Below are positions 48,439 through 57,582 of a DNA stretch of 64,000 nucleotides, one piece after another (positions within the stretch are counted from its first letter, which is position 1; every line of letters begins with the position of its first letter). The notes beneath the pieces were generated by a model, which was not told the origin of the DNA, made no database searches, and was given only the letters and a program-made list of their open reading frames with translations. The DNA lies in assembly GCA_018335855.1 (NCBI GenBank), contig JAGXRM010000060.1, positions 79,418-143,417 of the forward strand, in the 5' to 3' direction. The DNA is from Clostridiales bacterium. GTDB lineage: Bacteria; Bacillota; Dethiobacteria; Dethiobacterales; Dethiobacteraceae. The position numbers and the translations under genes are program-made.

Positions 48439-48487
48439 ACTTTGGGCACACTACCGTTAGGAGGTGCCTTTTTTGTTGGTTAAAAAA

Positions 48488-49240
48488 ATGTGTGTTATTG
48501 CCGATTACCATACTCACACAGTATACAGCCACGGCAAGGGTACCATTGAAGATAACGTCCTTGCCGCAATGAACAAAGGGCTGCGTACAATAGGGATCAC
48601 TGACCACGGTCCGGGACATTTTTTCATTGGATTACGTGGCGTTTCTGCCTTTCGGCAAATGCAGGCTGAGATTGAAAAGCTACAAAAAAAGTACCCGCAA
48701 ATCAAGATTCTCTTTGGGGTGGAGGCAAATATTGTTGATATCGACGGAACGATTGATGTTCCCTCCGTAATCCTGCGTGAGCTGGATCTATTACTTGTGG
48801 GCTATCATAAACTGGTCAGGCCGCGCAGCTTTGCTGCGGCAGTGCTGGGTGCACAAAACTTTCTGTCCGGATGGACGGGCAGGCGTTCACAGAAGCTGCG
48901 TCGGCTGAATACCGACGCCATTACGGCCGCTGTGCGACGTTATCCTATCGACGCAATCACCCACCCAGGTCTGCAGATAGATATTGATACTGTTGAATTA
49001 GCCCATGTCTGTAAAGAAAGGGGTACAAAGCTGGAAATTAACAGTTCCTACGGCAAGGAACTCGACCCATATATTAAGGCAGCACTGCCAACCGGCGCAA
49101 CGTTCGTGATTAACAGTGACGCGCATACGCCGCAAAGAGTGGGCGATTTTGAACAAGCCTATGATCTGGTGCGACGGCTTGGTGTGCCGGAGTCTCGTAT
49201 TGCTAATGTAGTCAGTGTTGCAAGTCAAAAAGAAGGATAA
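48488..49240 (+). CDS. PHP-domain phosphoesterase
   Basis: ADYHTHT, ITDHGP, THPG and NSDAH motifs. The start is either TTG 48473 or ATG 48488. Confidence 0.8.
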   Translation: MCVIADYHTHTVYSHGKGTIEDNVLAAMNKGLRTIGITDHGPGHFFIGLRGVSAFRQMQAEIEKLQKKYPQIKILFGVEANIVDIDGTIDVPSVILRELDLLLVGYHKLVRPRSFAAAVLGAQNFLSGWTGRRSQKLRRLNTDAITAAVRRYPIDAITHPGLQIDIDTVELAHVCKERGTKLEINSSYGKELDPYIKAALPTGATFVINSDAHTPQRVGDFEQAYDLVRRLGVPESRIANVVSVASQKEG

Positions 49241-49296
49241 TCGAGGCTTCAGGATGAATCTAATCCATAAGTCCTACATGATATGGGGGGAGAGCG

Positions 49297-50163
49297 GTGG
49301 AAAATATCCGTTTTGTGATTATTACCGGGCTGTCCGGTGCAGGCAAGAGTCAGGCGGTTCACAGCTTTGAAGATTTGGGGTATTTCTGTATCGATAATCT
49401 GCCGCCCATGCTGATTCCGAAGTTTGCGGAGGTTGCTGCACAGTCGGAAGGGAAAATTAACCGAATTGCGCTGGTCTCGGATATCCGCGGCGGCGATTTT
49501 TTTTCCAACTTGCAAGAGGCCTTACAAATGCTGCGTGGGGTGGGACTGGGTTATGAAATCCTCTTCTTAGAAGCAGATGATGATGTACTCATCTGTCGCT
49601 TTAAAGAGACGAGGCGGCGGCATCCCCTGTCATCCCTGGGGAGCATTACCGAGGGCATTAAAGAGGAGCGGAGACTTCTGGCAGAAATCCGCAGTCAGGC
49701 TGACAAAATTATCGACACATCGGACCTTTCTCCACAACAACTGAAAGAAGAAATTACCACACTATACGCACCAGGCAGTGAAGAAGAGAATATACTGATT
49801 ACTCTGGTAGCTTTCGGTTTTAAATACGGTGTGCCACTGGACTCTGATTTGGTTTTTGATGTGCGATTTTTACCTAACCCTCACTACGTTGAGCATTTAC
49901 GTCCTCTGACAGGCTGTGACGAAAATGTAAAGGAATATGTCTGGAAGTGGACGATTACACACAAGTTCTTTCAAAAATTGGTTGATATGGTGGAATTTCT
50001 CGTCCCATGCTACATCAAGGAAGGTAAACCCCAGTTAGTCATCTCCATTGGCTGCACCGGAGGTAAACACCGTTCCGTAGCAATCGTCAATGAGCTGGAG
50101 AAAATTCTTAAAGGCAAGAATTACAGAGTGATTACGGAGTATAGAGATATTTCAAAAGCCTGA
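49297..50163 (+). CDS. rapZ: RNase adapter / nucleotide-binding protein RapZ (YvcJ)
   Basis: [13 protein letters not shown] and [11 protein letters not shown]...[11 protein letters not shown] motifs. Confidence 0.93.
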   Translation: MENIRFVIITGLSGAGKSQAVHSFEDLGYFCIDNLPPMLIPKFAEVAAQSEGKINRIALVSDIRGGDFFSNLQEALQMLRGVGLGYEILFLEADDDVLICRFKETRRRHPLSSLGSITEGIKEERRLLAEIRSQADKIIDTSDLSPQQLKEEITTLYAPGSEEENILITLVAFGFKYGVPLDSDLVFDVRFLPNPHYVEHLRPLTGCDENVKEYVWKWTITHKFFQKLVDMVEFLVPCYIKEGKPQLVISIGCTGGKHRSVAIVNELEKILKGKNYRVITEYRDISKA

Positions 50164-50173
50164 GGAGTTAAAG

Positions 50174-51334
50174 ATGAAAATAGTTAACTTTCTGTCGGGT
50201 CTGGGCGCCTGTGCCCTGTCCCGCATTATGCCGGGCAAAAAAGCCGATAAAACCGTTATGTACCCCGAAGAGGACCGGTTGTGGGAAGCGCTGTACCAAC
50301 GGTACTGTGATAACAACGGGCCCCGTATCACTGCCATCGGCGGTGGAACAGGCCTTGCCATGCTATTGCGCGGCTTAAAGAAATACAGCGCCAATCTATC
50401 GGCCATTGTCAATGTAACCGATGACGGCGGCAGTTCCGGCCGACTCCGTGAAAACCTGGATATGCTACCGCCCGGGGATATTCGCAATTGCTTACTTGCG
50501 TTGGCAGATACAGAGCCGCTGCTGGAAAAAGTGTTTCATTACCGGTTTACCGCGGGAGAAGGGCTGGAAGGCCATAATCTGGGAAACCTTTTTTTAGCTG
50601 CGCTAACCGAGCAATTCGGATTTGAAGGAGCTATCATTGCTGCCAGTAAGGTTCTGGCTGTTAAAGGTGATGTTTTGCCAGTTACACTGGCAAAATTAAA
50701 CCTGGTTGCCCTTTTTACCAATGGCTGTGAAGTATACGGAGAAAGCCAAATTCCTCTGCAGCGTGGGCGGATAGCACGCCTGCGCCTGGAGCCGGAGACT
50801 TCCTCTGTTTACCCTGCAGCAGAACAGGCCATTCGTGACGCTGAGATTGTCGTCGTAGGGCCCGGCAGCCTCTACACCAGTATTCTGGCTAACCTGCTAG
50901 TGCCGGGTGTCAGTCGGGCAATCCGGGAAAGCAGTGCCCGCAAAGTCTATATCTGTAACGTTATGACCCAACCCGGGGAGACAGACGGCTTATCCGCGGC
51001 TGATCACCTTCAGGTAATCTACGATCATGTAGGTCCTGATTTGTTCGATACTGTCATTGTAAATAATAGTCCTCAGATTCCGCAGGCAATCCTTGAAAAG
51101 TACTTACATGAAGGTTCTTCACCGGTGGTGCCGGATACTGCCCGATTACGTAAAATGGGTGTCAATATTGTTGCAGCCGATTTGTTATCACCAAATGAAC
51201 TGGTTCGCCATAACCCTGACCGGCTGGCGCATCTGGTCCTGCAACAGTTTACAACTTTCCGTGAAAAAGGTGTATCTGCCTTTTCCGGCAATTATGAGTT
51301 TGAAGAAGGGCGCGGAAAGGGGTGTGCTTCATGA
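50174..51334 (+). CDS. yvcK: Gluconeogenesis factor YvcK (CofD-like UPF0052)
   Basis: AIGGGTGL..LRGLK, VTDDGGSSGRLR, GPGSLYTSI motifs. It has an N-terminal extension of about 45 aa. Confidence 0.9.
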   Translation: MKIVNFLSGLGACALSRIMPGKKADKTVMYPEEDRLWEALYQRYCDNNGPRITAIGGGTGLAMLLRGLKKYSANLSAIVNVTDDGGSSGRLRENLDMLPPGDIRNCLLALADTEPLLEKVFHYRFTAGEGLEGHNLGNLFLAALTEQFGFEGAIIAASKVLAVKGDVLPVTLAKLNLVALFTNGCEVYGESQIPLQRGRIARLRLEPETSSVYPAAEQAIRDAEIVVVGPGSLYTSILANLLVPGVSRAIRESSARKVYICNVMTQPGETDGLSAADHLQVIYDHVGPDLFDTVIVNNSPQIPQAILEKYLHEGSSPVVPDTARLRKMGVNIVAADLLSPNELVRHNPDRLAHLVLQQFTTFREKGVSAFSGNYEFEEGRGKGCAS

Positions 51335-52269
51335 CGTATGCATTAGAGGCAAAAAATGAGTTGGCCAGACGGGATTTAGGGAAATCATGCTGCCAAAGCG
51401 CTGAGCTGGCGGCTTTTATCCGCTTAAGCGGCAATATTCAGATTACCGGTAAAAGAATGGCCTTAAATGTGGTTACGTCTAATCCTGCTGTTGCCCGAAG
51501 AATATTTAGCTTGTTTAAGTGTATTTTTAACCTCAGTTCTGAAATATTGGTGCGAAGAAAAATTCGTCTGAAAAAAAACAATGTATATCTGATTCGGATC
51601 TCTGAACCTTTACGAGCCAGGGAAGTCTTACATCGCCTTGGTCTTATGCGGGACGGCGTACTGGTTCAGGAAACGGATGAATTAACGGTGAAAAGTAAAT
51701 GTTGCCGTCGTGCGTATTTACGCGGTGCCTTCCTGGCGGCCGGGTCTGTTTCTAACCCGGAGAACTCCTACCATCTGGAGATTTATACCGACTATCAGCG
51801 CCAAGCGGAAGAACTGGCTACGCTGATAGACTCGTTTGGTTTTAAAGCAAAAGTTACCTCCCGTAAAAACGGCTATTTTGCCTATATAAAAGACAGTGAA
51901 CAAATTGTCGGATTCTTGAATGTTATTGGTGCTCATTCTGCTTTATTGAATTTTGAAAATATCAGGATACTGAAAGGGATACGGAATAAGGTTAACCGTT
52001 TGGTCAATTTTGAGACGGCGAATGTGAATAAAACAGTGGATGCAGCTGTAAAGCAGGCAGAATGTATCCGTATTATTGAAGAGGCCGCCGGGTTTACATT
52101 TTTTGATGCCCCATTGCGCCGATTGGCAGAACTCCGTATGGAGAATCCGGAAGCCAGTTTGCAGGAACTGGGACAAATGCTGAACCCGCCTTTAAGTAAA
52201 TCAGGTGTAAATCATCGGATGAGAAAGCTGGAAAGAATAGCAAAGCAACTGCTAAAAGATAAAAAGTAG
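51331..52269 (+). CDS. whiA: Sporulation/cell-division regulator WhiA
   Basis: Degenerate LAGLIDADG domains and a C-terminal HTH (LSKSGVNHRMRKL). ATGA overlap with yvcK. Confidence 0.93.
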   Translation: MTYALEAKNELARRDLGKSCCQSAELAAFIRLSGNIQITGKRMALNVVTSNPAVARRIFSLFKCIFNLSSEILVRRKIRLKKNNVYLIRISEPLRAREVLHRLGLMRDGVLVQETDELTVKSKCCRRAYLRGAFLAAGSVSNPENSYHLEIYTDYQRQAEELATLIDSFGFKAKVTSRKNGYFAYIKDSEQIVGFLNVIGAHSALLNFENIRILKGIRNKVNRLVNFETANVNKTVDAAVKQAECIRIIEEAAGFTFFDAPLRRLAELRMENPEASLQELGQMLNPPLSKSGVNHRMRKLERIAKQLLKDKK

Positions 52270-52327
52270 AAGACAACGCAGATAACTTTGGTAAAAATTT
52301 CTCTAACTTAAAAATAATTGTACGTAT

Positions 52328-52343
52328 TGGCAGGATTATTGCA
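52328..52343 (+). promoter_or_regulatory. Candidate sigma-54 (-24/-12) promoter TGGCAG-gatta-TTGCA
   Basis: Matches TGGCAC-N5-TTGCW at 11 of 12 defined positions, with correct GG-to-GC spacing. It lies 116 nt upstream of the rpoN ATG. Confidence 0.5.
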
Positions 52344-52458
52344 TGTCACCGGCGAATATATACAACCTTAATGTTCCAGGCAATCTTAGGCCGCGTCCGG
52401 CATATGATTAACCGAACGCATTCCATCCAAATCGTCGAAAAGAGGGAGCGTTGTCCCT

Positions 52459-53856
52459 ATGCGAATATCATTTAACCTGAAGTTGGAACAAACTCAAAAA
52501 CTAATTATGACGCCGGAGCTGCAACAGGCAATCAACCTGCTGCAGCTTTCATCCATGGAACTGCACGCTTTTGTTCAGGACGAACTGCTAAACAATCCTG
52601 TCTTGGAAATTGATGAAGGTGAAGAAGCAGAAAGAAAAACTGAGGAAGCCAGCGATAAAAGTGAACATGAAAAAGACGCCATTGACTGGGATGAATACTT
52701 AAAAGATCAGGGGCACGAACCGTTGCCCAGCATTAACTTTCGTCAAACTGACGATGCTCCTCCATATGACCATTATTTAAGCAAAGAGCCGTCACTGCAG
52801 GAACATCTGCTTTTTCAACTGGGTCTGTGCAGTCTGACACAAACGGAAAAACGGATTGGTGAGTTTTTAATAGGAAACCTGGATCAAAACGGTTATTTAA
52901 AAGAGGAAATTAGTGAGTTTGCTATTTTGCTCGGGGCAGACCCGGGTGAAATCAATGCTGTACTGGAAATCATCCAGAAATTTGATCCCACAGGTGTGGG
53001 TGCCAGGAATCTTAAAGAATGTTTGCTTCTGCAGTTACAGGAACGGAAGAACATTCATCCACTGGCTAAAAAAATAATAAACGAGTACCTGAGCGATGTT
53101 GCCGACAATAAATTTAAGAAAATTGCCGCCGAATTACGGGTAGATGCTGCCGCAATACAGGAAGCGGTCGATTTTATCCGCACTCTGGATCCTAAGCCTG
53201 GACGTCTGATCGGGGATATCCGGGATGTCCGCTATGTGGTTCCTGATGTGACCATTGAGAAAGTATCCGGCGAATATGTGGTGCTGGTTAACGAGCATGC
53301 CACGCCCCGGCTTACCGTTAACTCCTACTATCGTTCTTTGCTCTGTAAAGAAGACGGCGAATCTGGCACGAATACGTTTATTAAGGGCAGACTTGATTCG
53401 GCACTTTGGCTGCTACGTAGCATTGAGCAAAGACGTCTTACCCTCTTTCGTGTGACCGAATGTATTGTTGAGATGCAGCATGGTTTTTTTGAGGAAGGGA
53501 TTAAACATCTAAAACCAATGACTTTGCGGCAGGTAGCTGATGAAGTAGGCGTACACGAGTCTACGGTCAGCCGGGCCACATCCAATAAATACGCCCAAAC
53601 ACCCCGCGGCCTTTTCCCTTTAAAATTCTTCTTTGCCTCCGGTGTTGAGGATTTTCATGGTGCATCCGTCTCATCACAATCGGTAAAAAGTCATTTAAAA
53701 GAATTGATTGATGCAGAAAATGCGTTTCGTCCACTCAGCGATCAAAAGTTAATGGAACTCCTGGCAAAGCGCGGAATCGTAGTTTCCCGCCGTACTGTGG
53801 CAAAATACCGGGAGGAATTAAATATCCCGTCATCGAATAAAAGAAAAAGACACTGA
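52459..53856 (+). CDS. rpoN: RNA polymerase sigma-54 factor
   Basis: N-terminal LIMTPELQQAINLLQL, an HTH, and the RpoN box SRRTVAKYREEL. Confidence 0.95.
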   Translation: MRISFNLKLEQTQKLIMTPELQQAINLLQLSSMELHAFVQDELLNNPVLEIDEGEEAERKTEEASDKSEHEKDAIDWDEYLKDQGHEPLPSINFRQTDDAPPYDHYLSKEPSLQEHLLFQLGLCSLTQTEKRIGEFLIGNLDQNGYLKEEISEFAILLGADPGEINAVLEIIQKFDPTGVGARNLKECLLLQLQERKNIHPLAKKIINEYLSDVADNKFKKIAAELRVDAAAIQEAVDFIRTLDPKPGRLIGDIRDVRYVVPDVTIEKVSGEYVVLVNEHATPRLTVNSYYRSLLCKEDGESGTNTFIKGRLDSALWLLRSIEQRRLTLFRVTECIVEMQHGFFEEGIKHLKPMTLRQVADEVGVHESTVSRATSNKYAQTPRGLFPLKFFFASGVEDFHGASVSSQSVKSHLKELIDAENAFRPLSDQKLMELLAKRGIVVSRRTVAKYREELNIPSSNKRKRH

Positions 53857-53884
53857 TTCAATTTGCGCCACCCAGGCGCAGATA

Positions 53885-53922
53885 CGGCGGTCGCGGAAAC
53901 CCGCCTTAACAAAACTTAGGAG
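53885..53922 (+). promoter_or_regulatory. preQ1-I riboswitch (translational; the tail overlaps the SD)
   Basis: GGCGG-UCGCGGAAAC-CCGCC-UUAACAAAACUUAGGAGG closely parallels the Thermoanaerobacter preQ1-I aptamer (CUGGGUCGCAGUAACCCCAGUUAACAAAACAAGG). It lies directly upstream of queF. Confidence 0.8.
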
Positions 53923-53930
53923 GCTTTACC

Positions 53931-54344
53931 ATGAGTAATAATGAGTTCACAGCGTTAGGGAAGAAGGTTACGGAGCCTTGCCGACAGTTGGATGTATTTC
54001 CAAAACCGGCAGGCGTAGAGACAATCGTCCTCGAAAGTGATGAAGTAACCAGCCTGTGCCCGGTCACCGGGCAGCCGGATTGGGAAACAGTTGTTATTGA
54101 ATACATGCCGGACAAGTTCTGTATTGAGAGTAAAAGTCTAAAGCTTTATCTGTGGAGCTTCCGGGAAGAAGGCGTCTTCTGTGAAGCACTTGCCGCCCAG
54201 ATTGCCCAAGATGTGGATTCCGCCTGCAAGCCGTACCGGTGCAAAGTAACAGTGATACAAAAACCCCGCGGCGGCATCAAAATTACAGCGAGCGCGTGTA
54301 CGGAAAACCGGCTGGAGACGGCCGGGCGCGGGGATGCGAAATGA
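53931..54344 (+). CDS. queF: NADPH-dependent 7-cyano-7-deazaguanine (preQ0) reductase, unimodular type
   Basis: Catalytic LCPVTGQPD and the QueF motif ESKSLKLYLWSFR. Confidence 0.92.
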   Translation: MSNNEFTALGKKVTEPCRQLDVFPKPAGVETIVLESDEVTSLCPVTGQPDWETVVIEYMPDKFCIESKSLKLYLWSFREEGVFCEALAAQIAQDVDSACKPYRCKVTVIQKPRGGIKITASACTENRLETAGRGDAK

Positions 54345-55006
54345 TGCCAGGACCTCTGACTAAACAGGAAAAAGCCTTTTTTCTGCTGGGTTGCAGCTTT
54401 GCAGTACTGCTCGTGGTCAGTAATGTTATTGCCGGCAAGATCATATCAGTGGGCGGTTTGTTTGCCCCGGCCGCCGTACTTTGTTACTCACTGACGTTTG
54501 CGGCCACAGACACCATGGCAGAGCTATGGGGAAAAGAGCGAACAAAATTTGTTGTTAATGTAGGTTTTTTTGTAGCCGTGCTCTCGGCAGTCTTAATCAG
54601 ACTGGCTATCGCTGTGGCACCGGCGCCGTTTTGGGAAAACCAGGGCGCGTTTGAGCTGATTTTAGGCAGCAATCTCAGAATTGTGGTGGCCAGCCTCACA
54701 GCATATCTAGTCAGCCAGCACCACGACATCTGGGCATTTACCTTCTGGAAAAACAAAACCGGGAGCCGCCATTTATGGTTGCGCAATAACCTTTCCACGG
54801 GGGTATCGCAGTTGTTGGACACCTTCTTGTTTATAACCCTTGCTTTCTACGGGACAGGAGCACCTGTACTCTCTATGATTGCCGGTCAGTATGTCATAAA
54901 GTTAGTTATCGCTGTTGCCGATACTCCCTTAGTCTACGCCCTTGTTTACATGATTAAACCGCATCTGAAGTTGGACCCGGGGCAGGCGTTCCCAGCAAAT
55001 CTGTGA
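54341..55006 (+). CDS. yhhQ: Queuosine-precursor transporter (YhhQ/DUF165, VUT family)
   Basis: Polytopic membrane protein with motifs VSNVIAGK...YSLTFAATD and LRIVVASLTAYLVSQ..D. ATGA overlap with queF. Confidence 0.8.
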   Translation: MMPGPLTKQEKAFFLLGCSFAVLLVVSNVIAGKIISVGGLFAPAAVLCYSLTFAATDTMAELWGKERTKFVVNVGFFVAVLSAVLIRLAIAVAPAPFWENQGAFELILGSNLRIVVASLTAYLVSQHHDIWAFTFWKNKTGSRHLWLRNNLSTGVSQLLDTFLFITLAFYGTGAPVLSMIAGQYVIKLVIAVADTPLVYALVYMIKPHLKLDPGQAFPANL

Positions 55007-55015
55007 AGAAATAGA

Positions 55016-55039
55016 GCACGCCGAGAGGCGTGCCTTTTT
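55016..55039 (+). terminator. Intrinsic terminator
   Basis: GCACGCC-gaga-GGCGTGC followed by CTTTTT. Confidence 0.8.
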
Positions 55040-55142
55040 ATCAATCTGAAATGGCAGGAATTTTCTCACTTATGTAGAAGTAATGGCATTACAGTTTTTC
55101 GCCAGGAAGTGGCAATGTTTTTTGTACTCTAATAAATTTATT

Positions 55143-55164
55143 TCACTTTACATTTGTATCGTGT
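55143..55164. promoter_or_regulatory. Second copy of the TCACTTTACATTTGTA..GTGT motif, in the gap leader
   Basis: 16/16 identical to 21463-21478, then 4/6 further matches. It is an imperfect palindrome (CACTTTACA-tt-TGTAtcGTG). Confidence 0.35.
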
Positions 55165-55278
55165 CTAATGAATAGAGTACTGAAGCGTGCTTTGAGGCAA
55201 TTGAAAAGAGCACGTCTTTCTTGCTGTAATCAGGCATTTTTGGATACTTAGTGTCCATATTTAGGGGAGGTTTCTAAA

Positions 55279-56286
55279 ATGACAGTAAGACTGGGAGTAA
55301 ACGGTTTTGGCAGGATCGGCCGTGCATGTATCCGGGCCGCGTTGGATCATCCTGAGGTGGAAGTAGTTGCCTTTAACAGCACCCGTGATCCGAAAATGCT
55401 TGCCCATCTGTTAAAGTATGATTCGCTCTACGGCCGCCTTAACTATGATGTAGAGGTTGGCAACGGAGCATTGATTGTCGGCGGAAAAGAAATTAAGATC
55501 CTCACTGACCGCGATCCTGCGAACCTGAAATGGGGCGATTATGGTGTGGATATTGTTATTGAAGCGACCGGAGCTTTTAATAATGCCCAGGAAGCAGGCC
55601 AACAACTGGGTGGTACCGCAAAGAAACTGATTTTTACCGCCCCCGCCAAAGGTGAGGACTTCACCATTGTTATGGGTGTTAATCATGAGCTTTACGACCC
55701 CGTCCAACACCACATGATCTCCAACGCTTCCTGCACGACCAACTGCCTGGCACCGGTCTGCAAAGTACTGGATGATGAGTTTGGCTTTGTAAAAGGTTTA
55801 ATGACTACCGTTCATGCGTATACTAACGACCAGAGGATACTGGATCTTACTCATAAAGACCTTCGCCGCGCTCGCGCTGCCGCATTGTCAATGATTCCTA
55901 CCACTACCGGTGCCGCTCGGGCTGTTTCCATGGTTCTGCCCGGTATAAGGGGCAAAATTGACGGGTTTGCCATCCGTGTGCCAACCCCCACAGTCTCCCT
56001 TGTAGATCTGACTGCAGAACTGGCTCGTTCGGTAACGGTGGATGAAGTGAACGAGGCGTTCCGCGCCGCCGCTGAAGGTCCGATGGACGGCTTCCTGGGA
56101 ATCTCATATGAACCTCTGGTTTCCGTGGATTACAAAGGCGACCCGCGCTCCAGCGTTGTGGATGCCCTTTCAACCATGGTTATTGGCGGCAATATGGTCA
56201 AAGTGGTTTCCTGGTATGATAATGAGTGGGCTTACTCCAGCAGAGTGATAGATTTGGCGGCGTATATCGCCTCCAAGGGCCTCTAG
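55279..56286 (+). CDS. gap: Type I glyceraldehyde-3-phosphate dehydrogenase
   Basis: NGFGRIGR and SNASCTTNCLAP motifs. Confidence 0.98.
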   Translation: MTVRLGVNGFGRIGRACIRAALDHPEVEVVAFNSTRDPKMLAHLLKYDSLYGRLNYDVEVGNGALIVGGKEIKILTDRDPANLKWGDYGVDIVIEATGAFNNAQEAGQQLGGTAKKLIFTAPAKGEDFTIVMGVNHELYDPVQHHMISNASCTTNCLAPVCKVLDDEFGFVKGLMTTVHAYTNDQRILDLTHKDLRRARAAALSMIPTTTGAARAVSMVLPGIRGKIDGFAIRVPTPTVSLVDLTAELARSVTVDEVNEAFRAAAEGPMDGFLGISYEPLVSVDYKGDPRSSVVDALSTMVIGGNMVKVVSWYDNEWAYSSRVIDLAAYIASKGL

Positions 56287-56381
56287 TTAGCAAAACCCTT
56301 GCGCCTCGTCCTGCTTGCTTTTGAACAGCCTGCAGCCGGGATGTATGCAGGTAATAACCACAATTCTGTGGAGGTGTCTGA

Positions 56382-57566
56382 GTGGCGAAGAAGACTGTGA
56401 AAGATTTGTCATTGGCGGGGAAAAAGGTGTTTACCCGTGTTGACTTTAATGTGCCGCGAAATGAGAGCGGTGAAATTACGGACGATACGAAAATCAAAGC
56501 GGCTCTGCCAACGATAGAATACATATTGGAACAGGGTGCCTCTGTAATTCTGGCAAGCCACTTGGGTCGTCCCAAAGGCCAGGTGAAAGATAATCTACGT
56601 TTGGATTCGGTCGCCCAAAGACTTTCCGATTTGCTTGGCCGAAACATTCAGAAGGCAGATGAAGTAGTGGGGCCGGAAGTGACGGAAGCCGCCGCCGGGC
56701 TGAAACCGGGGGATATTCTCTTATTAGAGAATGTTCGCTTTCACCCGGGTGAGGAAAAAAATGAGCCGGAACTGGCCAAAGCTTATGCCGACCTGGCAGA
56801 TATCTTTGTTTCTGATGCATTTGGTACCGCGCACCGTGCCCACGCATCGAATACGGGAATAGCAGCCCATCTGCCGTCTGTAGCCGGGTTACTGATGACT
56901 GAAGAAGTAGAGAACTTATCAAAAAGCTTACATAATGCAAAAAGACCACTGGTCGCCATCATTGGCGGCAGCAAAGTTGCTGATAAAATCAGTGTTCTGA
57001 AAAATTTCCTGGAGATTGCCGACTCCATTCTATTAGGCGGCGGTATGGCGAATACTTTTCTCAGAGCGAAAGATTACAATATGGGTAGATCACTGCTGGA
57101 AGAAGATAAACTGATGCAGGCTTCGGAAATTATGCAACTGGCAGCAAACAAAGATGTAAACCTTTGCTTGCCTGTTGATTTAGTGGTGGCCGACGAAGTG
57201 AGTGCCGACGCTGATGCCGAAGATGTAATTATTGATTCCGTTCCTGACGGTAAGATGGCGCTGGATATTGGACCGAAGACCCGGGAAATCTATGCTGATT
57301 TGATTAGCAAAGCAGGTACTATCGTTTGGAACGGACCCCTGGGTGTTTTTGAAGTTGAGCCCTTTGCCCGGGGGACGATGGATATTGCCATAGCGGTGGC
57401 CAATTCACAAGCATTCTCCATCATCGGCGGTGGAGATGTGGTAGCAGCAGTCGAAAAAGCCGGAGTCGCCGATAAAATCTCCCACCTTTCCACCGGCGGA
57501 GGGGCGACGTTGGAATTCTGGGAAGGTAAAGAACTCCCCGGTATCGCCGCTTTAGAGGACAAATAA
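56382..57566 (+). CDS. pgk: Phosphoglycerate kinase
   Basis: RVDFNVP, SHLGRPKG and GGGDVVAAV motifs. The GTG start follows GGAGGTG. Confidence 0.98.
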   Translation: MAKKTVKDLSLAGKKVFTRVDFNVPRNESGEITDDTKIKAALPTIEYILEQGASVILASHLGRPKGQVKDNLRLDSVAQRLSDLLGRNIQKADEVVGPEVTEAAAGLKPGDILLLENVRFHPGEEKNEPELAKAYADLADIFVSDAFGTAHRAHASNTGIAAHLPSVAGLLMTEEVENLSKSLHNAKRPLVAIIGGSKVADKISVLKNFLEIADSILLGGGMANTFLRAKDYNMGRSLLEEDKLMQASEIMQLAANKDVNLCLPVDLVVADEVSADADAEDVIIDSVPDGKMALDIGPKTREIYADLISKAGTIVWNGPLGVFEVEPFARGTMDIAIAVANSQAFSIIGGGDVVAAVEKAGVADKISHLSTGGGATLEFWEGKELPGIAALEDK

Positions 57567-57582
57567 CGGGGGCATAGTATCC

